The translations under genes and the position numbers were made by a program. The notes below the pieces were generated by a model, which made no database searches, was not told the origin of the DNA, and worked only from the letters and a program-made list of their open reading frames with translations. DNA of 64,000 nucleotides. Source: an uncultured Acidobacteriota bacterium (GTDB lineage Bacteria > Acidobacteriota > Vicinamibacteria > Fen-336). How positions within the stretch are numbered: position 1 is the first letter of the stretch; every line of letters begins with the position of its first letter. Where the stretch lies: contig OY970399.1 of assembly GCA_963720545.1 (NCBI GenBank), forward strand, positions 3,904,001 to 3,968,000, given 5' to 3'. Below are positions 19,937 through 29,927 of the stretch, piece after piece.

Positions 19937-21262
19937 CTAGCCTCCGCTGGCGACGTCAACCTCGTCCTTCCGGGCCGAGACTTCCTGCGCTCCGGCCTTC
20001 GTCTGCTCCAGAATCCACCGGTCGTACATCGCGCGCTTGCGCAGGCGCAGCGCCTCGATGCTCTCGCCCGTCTGGCGGGCTTCCGCGACCAGCGCCTGCT
20101 CGGCGCTCGCGACGCCCGGCCACGGCTCGCCCTGCATCTTCGCCAGGAACTCGTCGTCGTAGTGGAAGCCGAACTCCAGCACCGCCGGCGACGGCACGTC
20201 GTAGGCGTTCGGCAGGCCGAACGCGCCGAACGGAAAGCCGCGCGCCCAGTCGACGTGGTGGCCGATGAGGTGCTCACGCGAGTTGACGCTCGTCAGGCCG
20301 TGCGTGACGCACATCTGCGGCGCGATCTCGTAGCGCAAGCGCAGATGCTCCGTGAGAGCGAGTCCCGATGCAAGCTGGGCCTGGGTGATGGGCAGCGCGC
20401 GCCCGCCCTCCCAGCGCGTCTCGAAGCACACGCCGATGAAGGCGCTGTTGAGGTTGAGGAAAGTGGTGTCGCCGTCCTTCCACACGGAAAAGCCCGCGTG
20501 GTTGGCGCGGCCGTTCTCCTCGACGATGCGGTAGACGCGGCCGAAGCGGTCGATGACGTAGTTGTAGAGCCGGCGCCTGGCGATGTACTTCATCAGGCCG
20601 TGCGAGCTCTTCTTGAGGTTGTCGTTGAACGATTCCTCGAGCGGCCAGATGTCGCTTTCCGAGGTGTGAAACAGGATGCCGACAGGCCTGGTGTAGGTCT
20701 CGCGCTGCATCCCGGTGCGGCGGAACACGCGGTATCGGCGCTCGGGGCCGGCCACGGCGAAATTGGTCTCGATGCGCAGGCCGTTGCTGTACTGCTCGAA
20801 GTTCGCGCCGCGCTCCACCAGCCAGATGCTCTTCGGCGCGGGCGCGGACGAGGCCGGCATCGGTTCGGCGACAGGATCGAGACGCGGCGCGCCTGCCAGC
20901 ACGGGCGCCGCGGCGCGGGCCGCGCGCGCGTCGCGCGTGCTCCAGCGGGCCGCCGCGAACAAGGAAGCCGCGAGCAGCGCGCCGACCACGGCGAAGCCGA
21001 GCCAGGCGGGACGGTGCCGCTTCGTCTTCCTGGCGACCGCGCGGCTCAGGCTGGAGTGGCCGAGCAACGGATCCACCGAGTCGTAGCCGAGCATGCGCTG
21101 CGCCATGCGGTGCACGCCGGGGATGGGGATGAGGCGCAGCAGGCGGTCGGTGCGGCGGTAGCGGGAGATCGACCCGCGCAGGTGGCGCAGCTTGGCCACC
21201 GGATCGGCAATGACCTCGGTTTCGCGCTCGAGCGCGCGCAGCAGCGGCTCGCCTGTGTTCAC
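19937..21262 (-). CDS. Membrane-anchored N-acetylmuramoyl-L-alanine amidase (Amidase_2/PGRP-like)
   Basis: Single TM helix, then GILFHTSES, YNYVIDRFGRVY, RANHAG, NSAFIGVCFE, ITQAQ, VTHG, HVD. Confidence 0.82.
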   Translation of the reverse strand: MNTGEPLLRALERETEVIADPVAKLRHLRGSISRYRRTDRLLRLIPIPGVHRMAQRMLGYDSVDPLLGHSSLSRAVARKTKRHRPAWLGFAVVGALLAASLFAAARWSTRDARAARAAAPVLAGAPRLDPVAEPMPASSAPAPKSIWLVERGANFEQYSNGLRIETNFAVAGPERRYRVFRRTGMQRETYTRPVGILFHTSESDIWPLEESFNDNLKKSSHGLMKYIARRRLYNYVIDRFGRVYRIVEENGRANHAGFSVWKDGDTTFLNLNSAFIGVCFETRWEGGRALPITQAQLASGLALTEHLRLRYEIAPQMCVTHGLTSVNSREHLIGHHVDWARGFPFGAFGLPNAYDVPSPAVLEFGFHYDDEFLAKMQGEPWPGVASAEQALVAEARQTGESIEALRLRKRAMYDRWILEQTKAGAQEVSARKDEVDVASGG

Positions 21263-21372
21263 GGACTCCTAAATCCTTTGTGGCCTGCGAATTATAGGAC
21301 ACGAATTTCGGACCCGGCAATGCTTTCGCGAAGCCGATGTGCGCTGGATCCGCCGCCGGGCCCATTGTATGG

Positions 21373-22332
21373 TTGCGAATCGCCACCATTGTCCCAAATG
21401 CGCAGCTGGCGCGGCTTCCGAGGGATCCCCGCGCCTTGCGGCCGCTCATCGAGGAGGAGTCGCAGGCCTGGGCGGCCGATCTCGACTGGGACTATGCCGA
21501 CGTGGCCCGGGCACTCCTCGCCGGGCTCGAGAACGGCTCGCTGCGCGGCTTCGGCTTCGAGGACTCGGGCAGGGTGGTCGCCTACGGTTACTACCTGCTC
21601 GACGGCCGGCGGGCGGTGCTGGGGTCGCTGTTCGCCTCGGCCGCCCATCGCGGGCGCGGCTACGAGGCGACACTCGTGGACGCCCTGGTGGCCGACGCGC
21701 GCGGCGCCGCGCACGGCCGCCGCATCGAGTGCCAGACGCTTTTCACCAGCGACCAGGCGGTGGACGAGCGGTTCCGCGCGCTCGGCTTCACGAGCCACGA
21801 CCGGCACTATCTCGCCGCATCGCTGCTGGCGGGAGAGGTGCTCGCCGCGCCGGCGATCGCCGGCGCGCGCGGCCTGACGCTTGGCGACATCCCGCAGGCG
21901 GCCGCCGTCATCCACAGCAGCCATCAGGGCACCGTGGACGCCGAGATGAACACCACCTACAAGACCGAGAACCATTGCCGCACTTTCCTCGAGACGTTGA
22001 TCCTGCGTTCGGGCTGCGGCGAATTCGACGCCGAGGCTTCGCTGTTCGTCGAAGGCGCGCCCGGCACAGGTCCGGTCGCTGTGCTGCTCGCGAGCCGCCT
22101 GTCGCGAGACAACGGCCACATCTGCCAGGTGTCGGTGGTGCCGCAGGCGCAGCGCAAGGGTCTCGGCCGCGCGCTCGTGAGCCACGCGCTCGGCGTGTTC
22201 CGCGCGCGCGGCCTGCGGCAGGCGACGCTCAGCGCGACGGTCGCGAACGCGCGCGCCTACGCCCTCTACCGCGACCTCGGCTTCGCGCCGCGGCGCCTCT
22301 TCAAGGCGCACGCGTGGCAAGCGCCCGCATGA
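21373..22332 (+). CDS. Tandem GNAT-family acetyltransferase (start uncertain)
   Basis: AHRGRGY and VSVVPQAQRKGLGRAL acetyl-CoA motifs; NARAYALYRDLGF. Confidence 0.8.
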   Translation: MRIATIVPNAQLARLPRDPRALRPLIEEESQAWAADLDWDYADVARALLAGLENGSLRGFGFEDSGRVVAYGYYLLDGRRAVLGSLFASAAHRGRGYEATLVDALVADARGAAHGRRIECQTLFTSDQAVDERFRALGFTSHDRHYLAASLLAGEVLAAPAIAGARGLTLGDIPQAAAVIHSSHQGTVDAEMNTTYKTENHCRTFLETLILRSGCGEFDAEASLFVEGAPGTGPVAVLLASRLSRDNGHICQVSVVPQAQRKGLGRALVSHALGVFRARGLRQATLSATVANARAYALYRDLGFAPRRLFKAHAWQAPA

Positions 22333-23909
22333 CCCTTGCGGGCCTCGCGGCGCTGCTCGTCGCCAGCGCTGCAGCGAACGCCGAGCCGCAGCCGCGCGTG
22401 ATGGTGGTGCCGTTCGTCATGCAGCCCGCCTCTGCGGCCTGGGTGGGCGAGTACCTCGCCGACGACATGCCGCGTACCCTGGCGCTCGCCGGCGTCGCCG
22501 CGGTGCCGCGACCGATGCGCACGGCCGCCCACGACGCCTTCGGCCTGGCGCAGGCGCCGCTCTCGCGCGCCACCGCCATCCGCATGGCCGAGGCGCTCGC
22601 GGCCGACCGCGTCGTCATCGGCAGCGGCACGTTCGACACGTCCGGCGTGACGCTCGAGGCGCGCATCCTCGACGTTTCGCGCGGCTCGCTGTCGGCGCCG
22701 CTGCGCGCCTCGGGCAGCCTCGAGACGCTCACCGATGTCGCCTTCTCGCTCGCCTGGGACGTCGCGCTGGCCGGCTCGCCGGGACCAGCCCGCACCCGCG
22801 TCGAAACCGCGCGCGAGCGGGTGCGCCGCCACTACACGGTGCTGCGCGCCTACGGCGAGGCGCTCGTCGCCGGCGACCTGGCGCGCCGCCTGAAGATGCT
22901 CGCCGAGGCCGTTTCCCTGGCGCCCGACTTCGATGCGGCGCGCCTCGACCTGGTGCGCGCGCGTCTCGATGCCCGCGACTTCGCCGCGGCGCTCGAGGAG
23001 GTGCGGCGCATTGCTCCAGGCGCGCCCGCCGCGACCCGGCGCGAGGCCGACTTCCTGCAAGGTGCTGTGCTCTTCGGCCTCGGCCGTTGCGACGAGGCGG
23101 ACGCGCTCTACCAGCGGCTGTCGGCTGCGAACGAAACGGCGGCGGTGCTCGCGAACCGCGCGCTCGCGGTGCTGCGCTCGCCTCGGCCTGCGGCCCTGCG
23201 CGCCGGCTCGGCGCGCGCCTCGGATTTGCTGCGCCAGGCGAACGCGCTCCTGCCGGGGTCCACCGAAGTCACCTTCGACCTCGGCTTCGCGCTCTTTGTC
23301 GAAGGCGATGACGACGCCGCGATCTTCTGGTTGCGCGGCCTGCAGGAGCTCGACCCCGAGGACAACGACGCGCGCGTCGTGCTCGCCTGGGCGCTGCGCC
23401 GCGCCGGCCGCACCGCCGAAGCCGACGCCACGTGGCAGGCGCTCGTCAGCCATTCGCGCTCGCTCTCGGGCATGGCGGCGCCGGACCCCGCGCGCCGGCT
23501 CGAGCGCGTGTTGTCGACGGAAAACCCGTTCGTCCTCGACCCGAACCGCCGCGGCGACTCGGCCGATGCCGCGGGGCTGCGCGACCACGGCGAGCGCGCG
23601 CTCCTGGCGGGCGACCTCGACACCGCGTTTCGCGAGCTGTCGCGCGCCGCGTACCTCAACCCCTACGAAGCCTCGGTGCATCGTTCATTGGCGCAGGTGC
23701 ACGTGCGGCGCGGCGACCGCGAAAACGCCGCCGCCGAGCTGCGCACGTCGCTGTGGTGCGCCGAGAGCACCGCGGTCCGCGTCGAGCTCATGAACCTGTT
23801 CGCCGAGCTCGGCCGCCGCGCCGAGGCCGAGAGCGAAGCGCGCCGCATCCTCAAGGCCGATCCCGGCAACGAGGCGGCCCGCAAGCTCGCGCCAAACGGG
23901 TCGCTATAA
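22329..23909 (+). CDS. Exported TolB-N-like/TPR-repeat protein
   Basis: Signal peptide; VMVVPF...ARILDV domain followed by multiple TPR-like helical pairs; ATGA overlap with the GNAT gene. Confidence 0.7.
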   Translation: MTLAGLAALLVASAAANAEPQPRVMVVPFVMQPASAAWVGEYLADDMPRTLALAGVAAVPRPMRTAAHDAFGLAQAPLSRATAIRMAEALAADRVVIGSGTFDTSGVTLEARILDVSRGSLSAPLRASGSLETLTDVAFSLAWDVALAGSPGPARTRVETARERVRRHYTVLRAYGEALVAGDLARRLKMLAEAVSLAPDFDAARLDLVRARLDARDFAAALEEVRRIAPGAPAATRREADFLQGAVLFGLGRCDEADALYQRLSAANETAAVLANRALAVLRSPRPAALRAGSARASDLLRQANALLPGSTEVTFDLGFALFVEGDDDAAIFWLRGLQELDPEDNDARVVLAWALRRAGRTAEADATWQALVSHSRSLSGMAAPDPARRLERVLSTENPFVLDPNRRGDSADAAGLRDHGERALLAGDLDTAFRELSRAAYLNPYEASVHRSLAQVHVRRGDRENAAAELRTSLWCAESTAVRVELMNLFAELGRRAEAESEARRILKADPGNEAARKLAPNGSL

Positions 23910-23927
23910 TGGACGGCAAGCAGCGAC

Positions 23928-24512
23928 ATGATCACCCTCCTCCTGGCCGCGGCACTCGCGGCGCAAGCAGCCGGCAATCCGCTCGCACTCACCAAGGCGG
24001 CTGCCGACACGTGCCGCGCGAAGATCGACGCGCTCGATCGCCGCTTCAAGGCCAAGGCGACAACACCCGCTGAGCCGGTCGCCTTCTCGGAGCAGGAGGT
24101 GAACTCGTACCTCGCGCTCGGCGGCGCCGTCCTGCCGGTTGGCATCAAGTCCTTCACCGTGAGCCTGCGCCGCGATCGCCTCGAAGCCAAGGGCATGGTG
24201 GACCTCGACGCCCTGAAGGCGAAAGTGCCGGCTTCGAAGAGCGCCACCAATCCTTTGTGGCTGCTTGGCGGGCTGATGCCCTTCGAGTTGAAGGGCAAGT
24301 TCAAGAGCGCCAACCGCTTCGGCCAGGCGGAGATCGAGGAAGTGCGGCTCGGGCCGGTGATGCTGCCGCCGAGCGTCGTGGCGCAGCTGGTCGCATCCTC
24401 CACCAAGAGCCCGAGCATGCCGCAAGGTGTCGATTTGATGGCGCCGTTCCGCTTGCCTTACGGCGTCAGGAGCCTTCGGCTCGAGGCGTACCGCGCCGTG
24501 GTGGAGCCGTAA
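23928..24512 (+). CDS. Exported hypothetical protein (possible LmeA/DUF2993-like fold)
   Basis: Signal peptide; [10 protein letters not shown] and PFRLPYGV motifs; codon usage consistent with coding. Confidence 0.6.
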   Translation: MITLLLAAALAAQAAGNPLALTKAAADTCRAKIDALDRRFKAKATTPAEPVAFSEQEVNSYLALGGAVLPVGIKSFTVSLRRDRLEAKGMVDLDALKAKVPASKSATNPLWLLGGLMPFELKGKFKSANRFGQAEIEEVRLGPVMLPPSVVAQLVASSTKSPSMPQGVDLMAPFRLPYGVRSLRLEAYRAVVEP

Positions 24513-24532
24513 GGGCAGGATCGAGGCCGGGC

Positions 24533-26650
24533 CTGGCCCTCGACACGACCGCACTCGACACGCCGGTCCAGTTCGTCAAGGGAGTCGGCCCGCAGCGCGC
24601 TGCCGCGCTCGCCAAGGAGGGCATCCACACCGTCTCCGACCTGCTGTGGCGGCTGCCGTTTCGCTACGAAGACCGCAGCCGCTTCGTGCCGGTGCGGGCG
24701 CTGCGCGCCGGCGAAAAGGCGCTCGTCGCCGGACGGGTCGCCGTGTGCGGCCTGCGGCGGATCCGGCGCCTGAGCCTGTTCGAGGCGCGCATCGAGGACG
24801 CGGCCGGCGATCGCCTCAAGGTGCTCTGGTTCAACCAGCCCTATCTCGCCGACAGCATCGAGCGCGGCACGAACCTGGTGCTCTACGGCGCCGTCGAGCG
24901 CGACACTCGCGGCGGCTCGCTGATGCTCTCGTCGCCGGAGTTCGAGATCGTCGACGACGCGGACGAGCCGGCATCGGTGCACGTCGGCCGCATCGTGCCG
25001 ATCTACGAGCGCTTCGCGGGGCTCGGCGGCCGGCAGGTGCGCCGGCTGCTCGCGGCGGTGATCGCGGGGCTGCCCGACGAGCTGCCCGACTCGCTGCCGC
25101 AGGAAGCGCGGCGAGCGCTCGGCACAGAGCCGCTCGCCGCCGCGTTTCGCGCGGTGCACCGGCCGCCGGACGATGCGGACCTGGCGCTCCTCAACCGCTT
25201 CCGCGGGCCGGGCCACCTGCGCCTCATCCTCGAGGAGCTGTTCTTGTTCCAGCTCGGCCTCGCGGCGCGGCGCTCGGCGGTGAAGCATTCGCCGAAGGGC
25301 ATCGCCTTCGCCATCACCGACGCCACGCGCGAAGCGGTCAAGGCGATCCTGCCGTTCCACCTGACCGGCGCGCAACGGCGCGTGCTGCAGGAGATCGCCG
25401 ACGACATGAAGTCGCCGCACCCGATGCACCGCCTGGTGCAGGGCGACGTCGGCTCCGGCAAGACGATCGTCGCGCTGCTGGCGATGGTGATCGCGGTCGA
25501 GAACGGCTACCAGGCCGCCTTCATGGCGCCGACCGAGATACTGGCCGAGCAGCACTTCCTGAACTTCAAGCGGCTGCTGCGCCGCCGCCCCTATGCCGCC
25601 GAGGCGCTGACCGGCGGCCTCACGAAGAAAGAGCGCGGCGCGCTCCTCGAGCGCATCGCCGCAGGGGCGGCGCGCATCGTCGTGGGGACGCATGCGCTCA
25701 TCCAGGAGAGCGTGCGCTTCCAGCGTCTCGGCCTCGCCGTGGTGGACGAGCAGCACCGCTTCGGCGTGCTGCAGCGCGACGAGCTGCAGAAGAAGGGCTA
25801 CGACGTGGACGTCCTCATCATGACGGCGACGCCGATCCCGCGCACGCTCTCGCTCACGGCCTACGGCGATCTCGACATCTCGGTGCTCGACGAGAAGCCG
25901 CCCGGCCGCACGCCGATCGTCACCAGCCAGCACCCGGCCGGAGAGCGCGCGCGGGTGGTGGCCGCCGTGCGCGAGGAACTCGGCGCCGGGCGCCGCGCCT
26001 ACATCGTGTACCCGCTGGTCGCCGAGTCGGAAAAGCTCGAGGACGTGAACGCGGCCACCGCCATGGCCGTCGAGTGGCAGCGCCTGCTCCCCGGGAACAC
26101 CGTGGCGCTGCTGCACGGCCGCATGAAGAGTGCCGACAAGGAAGCGGTGATGGCCGACTTCGCCGCCGGCCGTGCGCAGGTGCTGGTCGCGACCAGCGTC
26201 ATCGAGGTGGGGGTGGACGTTCCCGAGGCGACGCTCATGGTCATCGAACATGCCGAACGCTTTGGCCTGGCCCAGCTCCACCAGCTGCGCGGTCGCGTCG
26301 GCCGCGGCGCGGCGCGCTCGCGCTGCCTGCTCGTGACCCACGGCCGGTTGTCGGAGATCGCGCGCCAGCGGCTCGACACGCTCTGCGCCAGCACCGACGG
26401 CTTCGCCATCGCCGAGGCCGACCTGTTGATCCGCGGGCCGGGCGACTTCTTCGGCACGCGCCAGTGGGGCATGCCGCAGTTCCGCGCCACCAACCTGCTG
26501 CGCGACCGCGACCTGCTGGAGCAGGCGCGCGCGCACGCGCAGGCGCTCTACCCGCAGGCGGCCGCCGGCGTGGGCGAGTGGGCGCCGCTGCGGAAATTTC
26601 TCGAGGACGGCGGCTGGGCGCGGCGTTTCGGACTGGCCGTGGTCGGGTAG
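24533..26650 (+). CDS. recG: ATP-dependent DNA helicase RecG (probable CTG start)
   Basis: VKGVGPQRA...PFRYEDR, WFNQPYL wedge, [51 protein letters not shown]. Confidence 0.96.
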   Translation: MALDTTALDTPVQFVKGVGPQRAAALAKEGIHTVSDLLWRLPFRYEDRSRFVPVRALRAGEKALVAGRVAVCGLRRIRRLSLFEARIEDAAGDRLKVLWFNQPYLADSIERGTNLVLYGAVERDTRGGSLMLSSPEFEIVDDADEPASVHVGRIVPIYERFAGLGGRQVRRLLAAVIAGLPDELPDSLPQEARRALGTEPLAAAFRAVHRPPDDADLALLNRFRGPGHLRLILEELFLFQLGLAARRSAVKHSPKGIAFAITDATREAVKAILPFHLTGAQRRVLQEIADDMKSPHPMHRLVQGDVGSGKTIVALLAMVIAVENGYQAAFMAPTEILAEQHFLNFKRLLRRRPYAAEALTGGLTKKERGALLERIAAGAARIVVGTHALIQESVRFQRLGLAVVDEQHRFGVLQRDELQKKGYDVDVLIMTATPIPRTLSLTAYGDLDISVLDEKPPGRTPIVTSQHPAGERARVVAAVREELGAGRRAYIVYPLVAESEKLEDVNAATAMAVEWQRLLPGNTVALLHGRMKSADKEAVMADFAAGRAQVLVATSVIEVGVDVPEATLMVIEHAERFGLAQLHQLRGRVGRGAARSRCLLVTHGRLSEIARQRLDTLCASTDGFAIAEADLLIRGPGDFFGTRQWGMPQFRATNLLRDRDLLEQARAHAQALYPQAAAGVGEWAPLRKFLEDGGWARRFGLAVVG

Positions 26651-26653
26651 GCG

Positions 26654-27211
26654 ATGCCGCGGATCCTGGGCGGCAGCGGACGCGGGCGGCGCCTCGGTTC
26701 GCCGCGCGGTGCGGCGGTGCGTCCCACCGGCGCGCGCGTGCGGCAGAGCCTCTTCGACATCCTCGCGGCGCGCCTGCCGGGCGCCGCGTTCCTCGATCTG
26801 TGCGCCGGCAGCGGTGCCATCGGCCTCGAAGCGCTGTCGCGCGGCGCGGCACGCGCCGTGTTCGTGGACAAGGCAGGCTCCGCCGCGGCGCTCGTCGCAA
26901 AGAACCTGCGCCTGAGTGGCGAGGTGGCGCCGCGCGGCACGGTAATCCGGGCGGACGCGCTCGCCGCACTGAAGACATTGGCAAGCGCCGGCGAACGGTT
27001 CGACATCGTGTTCTTCGACCCGCCTTACGAGAGCGCGCTCTACGAGCCGGTGCTCGAGCGGGCCGGCCGAGGCGAGCTGCTGGCCGCGGGCGGGCTGCTG
27101 ATCGCGGAACACTTCCACAAGCGGGCGCTGCCGGAGACAATAGGCGGGCTCGCGCGCACCCGCCAGGTGAAGGTTTCGGATCACGTGCTGTCGTTCTACG
27201 AGGTGCCATGA
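26654..27211 (+). CDS. rsmD: 16S rRNA m2G966 methyltransferase
   Basis: [40 protein letters not shown]; recG-rsmD-coaD synteny. Confidence 0.93.
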   Translation: MPRILGGSGRGRRLGSPRGAAVRPTGARVRQSLFDILAARLPGAAFLDLCAGSGAIGLEALSRGAARAVFVDKAGSAAALVAKNLRLSGEVAPRGTVIRADALAALKTLASAGERFDIVFFDPPYESALYEPVLERAGRGELLAAGGLLIAEHFHKRALPETIGGLARTRQVKVSDHVLSFYEVP

Positions 27212-27699
27212 CCAACAAGCGGATCGCCCTCTTTCCAGGCTCTTTCGATCCCATCACCAACGGCCATGTGGACATCATCGGCCGCGGCCTCACGGTGTTC
27301 GACGAGGTCATCGTCGCGATCCTGGTGAACACCGAAAAGACGCCGCTGTTCACGGTCGAGGAGCGCGTCGCGATCATCGAGGACGCTTTCTCGGGCGAGT
27401 CGCGCCTGCGGGTCGCGAGCTTCTCCGGGCTGCTCGTCGACTACGCGCGCAAGGCGTCCGCCTCGGTGATCGTGCGCGGCCTGCGCGCCGTCTCCGACTT
27501 CGAGTACGAGTTCCAGATGGCGCTCATGAACCGCCGCCTCGACCCGGCGATCGAGACCGTGTTCATGATGCCGGCCGAGCAGTACTCGTACCTGTCCTCG
27601 CGGCTCGTCAAGGAAGTGGCGCAGCTCGGCGGCGACGTCAGCGGTTTGGTGCCGCCGGGGGTCGCCGCGGCGCTTGCGGGCAAGTTGAAGAAATCCTGA
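27208..27699 (+). CDS. coaD: Phosphopantetheine adenylyltransferase
   Basis: [44 protein letters not shown]. Confidence 0.97.
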   Translation: MTNKRIALFPGSFDPITNGHVDIIGRGLTVFDEVIVAILVNTEKTPLFTVEERVAIIEDAFSGESRLRVASFSGLLVDYARKASASVIVRGLRAVSDFEYEFQMALMNRRLDPAIETVFMMPAEQYSYLSSRLVKEVAQLGGDVSGLVPPGVAAALAGKLKKS

Positions 27700-27706
27700 G
27701 CGGCCT

Positions 27707-27733
27707 TGTAAGAAACCGCCGGTCCCGTTCGTA
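27707..27733 (+). promoter_or_regulatory. Candidate ECF-sigma autoregulatory promoter
   Basis: TGTAAG-17 nt-CGTA upstream of the RBS (CAGGAG) of the ECF sigma gene; resembles the TGTAAC/TGAAAC...CGT ECF promoter class. Confidence 0.45.
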
Positions 27734-27765
27734 GTTACAGGCAGGAGCGCCCATTCCGGGCGGCC

Positions 27766-28308
27766 ATGGGCAAGAGCCGTAACCATGAATTTGACGAGCT
27801 TTACGGGGGGCACGCCACGCGGGTGCTCGCGGCTTGCCGCCGCCTCCTCGGCCCCGGAACCGGCGCCGAAGACGCCGCCCACGAGACCTTCCTGCGCGCC
27901 GGGCGCGGCTTCGAAAGCTACGAGCCGGAGCGGCCGTTCGCACCCTGGGTGCTGCGCATCGCGGCCAACGTCTGCCTCGACGAGCTGCGCCGCCGCAAGC
28001 GCGACGCGCAGCTCTTCGCACCGATCGACGCCGACCGCGAAGGTCGGGAACTCGCCGACGGCGGGGGCGCCAGCGCTTCGCCGCTGTCGCAGGCACTCGC
28101 AGCGGAAGAGCGGGAACTGCTGCGCCGCGCCCTCGACGCGCTACCCGATCGGGAGCGGGCTCTGATGACCCTGCGCTACGAGGCTGAGATGAGCTACGAC
28201 GAGATCGGCCGCGCCGTCTCGCTCACGCCGGCGAACGTCGGCGTCATCATCCACCGGGTCAAGCTGCGGCTGCGCGCCGCTCTCGGCGAAACGCTGGGGC
28301 GGCGATGA
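27766..28308 (+). CDS. ECF RNA polymerase sigma factor
   Basis: AEDAAHETFLRA, FAPWVLRIAANVCLDELRR (region 2); LPDRER...MSYDEIG...NVGVIIHR (region 4). Confidence 0.93.
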   Translation: MGKSRNHEFDELYGGHATRVLAACRRLLGPGTGAEDAAHETFLRAGRGFESYEPERPFAPWVLRIAANVCLDELRRRKRDAQLFAPIDADREGRELADGGGASASPLSQALAAEERELLRRALDALPDRERALMTLRYEAEMSYDEIGRAVSLTPANVGVIIHRVKLRLRAALGETLGRR

Positions 28309-29927
28309 GCATCGAATCGATCGTCACCTGCCGCGACGACCTGACGCTGAGCCTGCATGCCGAAGGTGCGCTCACCGGCGAGGAGGCGTGGCGCATCAAG
28401 TCGCATGTGCAGCACTGCGGGCGGTGCACCCGCCGGCTTGCGGAGCTGGCCGCAGAAGACGCGGTGCTGGCCGAGGCACTCGCGGGTACGGTGCGCCGCG
28501 TGTCCTTCCTGCAGCGCTTCGGGCCGTGGGCGGCGGCGCTTGGCGTGCTGCTCGCGGGCCGGCTCGGACTGCAACTCCTCGACGACACCTGGGACGAGGC
28601 GCTCGGCGCGCTCAACCTGCAGTGGTTCGATCCGCGTGGTTCGCAGATGGCCGGAAATGCGCTCTACAGCGCTTTGTTCTTTGTGACGAGGGAAGCCATG
28701 GACTGGTTGAGTTCCTACCTGCTGCCGGTGGCGTCGGTGCTTGCCGGCGCGTCGATCGTGGGCCTGTTGCTGTGGTCGCTGCGGCGCACGCGGCTGCCGC
28801 GGGTGGCCGCAGCGTTCGCATTTTCGCTCGCGTGTCTCTTGGTCACAGCCGCGCCCGCCGCGGCCATGACGGTGCGCAAGGGCGAGGACGTCACCGTGCC
28901 GGCAGGGGAGACGCTGCACGATTCGCTGATCGCCGCCGGCGAGGTGGTGCGCATCGACGGCATCGTCGAAGGCGACGTGGTGGTGTTCGCGGGGCGTGTG
29001 GTGGTGAAGGGCACGATCACCGGCAACCTGGTGGCCTGGACCCAGCGCCTGCAGCTCGACGGCACCGTGTCCGGCACGGTGTTCGCCGGCGCGCAGCAAG
29101 TCGCCCTGGCCGGCGGGGTCGGCAGGAACGCGTTCACGTTCGCGCAGACGGCGACGCTCCCGCCCGGCGGCCGCGTGGACGGCGACCTCATCAGCTGGGT
29201 GCAGGATCTCGCGGTCGACGGCCGTGTGGGCCGCGACTTGTGGGCGATGTCGGAAACGCCGACGGTGTCGGGCGAAGTCGGCCGCAACGTCAGGGCAAAG
29301 ACCAGGCGGCTGCACCTCCTCGGCACGGCGAAGGTCGCCGGCGACGTGTCGGCGATCGTCCCGGCCACCGACCGCGTGGTCGTCGACCAGGGGGCTTCCA
29401 TTGGCGGGAAGGTGAGTGCCGAGCTGCCCGAGCCGAAGAGCCGCAAGAAGGTGTGGCTATGGCGCCTGGTCGGCCTGGGAGCGGCGCTCTTCACCGGTCT
29501 CTTCCTTGCGTGGCTGGCGCCCGCCACCACCACCGGCCCGGTCGACACGCTGCGCGTCCTGGGCCAGGCATGGGGGCGCGGCGCGATCGTGCTGTTCGTG
29601 TTGATCGCCGCGACCATTGTGCTGTGCGTGACCCTCGTGGGCCTGCCGCTCGGCCTCGCGTCGCTGGCGGTCTTCGTCTTCGCGCTCTATACCGGGCCCA
29701 TCGTGCTCGCGGGCGCCATCGGCCGCAAGCTGCTGGGGGCTCCGGCCGGCCTCAACGCCCGCTACGCGCTGGGGCTCGTCGCCGGCCTGGTGCTGTTGAC
29801 GATCGCGCTGCAGATGCCGTTCGTCGGCGTTTTGACCAGGCTGATTGCGACGCCGCTCGGCGTCGGCATGGCGTACACCGCGCTGCGGGCGCGCTGGGCG
29901 ACGGCGACGACGGCGGAGAGGGCCTAG
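28305..29927 (+). CDS. Zinc-binding anti-sigma (HxxxCxxC) fused to a bactofilin-like beta-helical repeat region and C-terminal multi-TM domain
   Basis: SHVQHCGRC; TM segments; repeats IDGIVEGDVVVFA/VKGTITGNL/LDGTVSGTV/VDGRVGRDL/VSGEVGRNV; about five C-terminal hydrophobic helices. Confidence 0.8.
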   Translation: MSIESIVTCRDDLTLSLHAEGALTGEEAWRIKSHVQHCGRCTRRLAELAAEDAVLAEALAGTVRRVSFLQRFGPWAAALGVLLAGRLGLQLLDDTWDEALGALNLQWFDPRGSQMAGNALYSALFFVTREAMDWLSSYLLPVASVLAGASIVGLLLWSLRRTRLPRVAAAFAFSLACLLVTAAPAAAMTVRKGEDVTVPAGETLHDSLIAAGEVVRIDGIVEGDVVVFAGRVVVKGTITGNLVAWTQRLQLDGTVSGTVFAGAQQVALAGGVGRNAFTFAQTATLPPGGRVDGDLISWVQDLAVDGRVGRDLWAMSETPTVSGEVGRNVRAKTRRLHLLGTAKVAGDVSAIVPATDRVVVDQGASIGGKVSAELPEPKSRKKVWLWRLVGLGAALFTGLFLAWLAPATTTGPVDTLRVLGQAWGRGAIVLFVLIAATIVLCVTLVGLPLGLASLAVFVFALYTGPIVLAGAIGRKLLGAPAGLNARYALGLVAGLVLLTIALQMPFVGVLTRLIATPLGVGMAYTALRARWATATTAERA

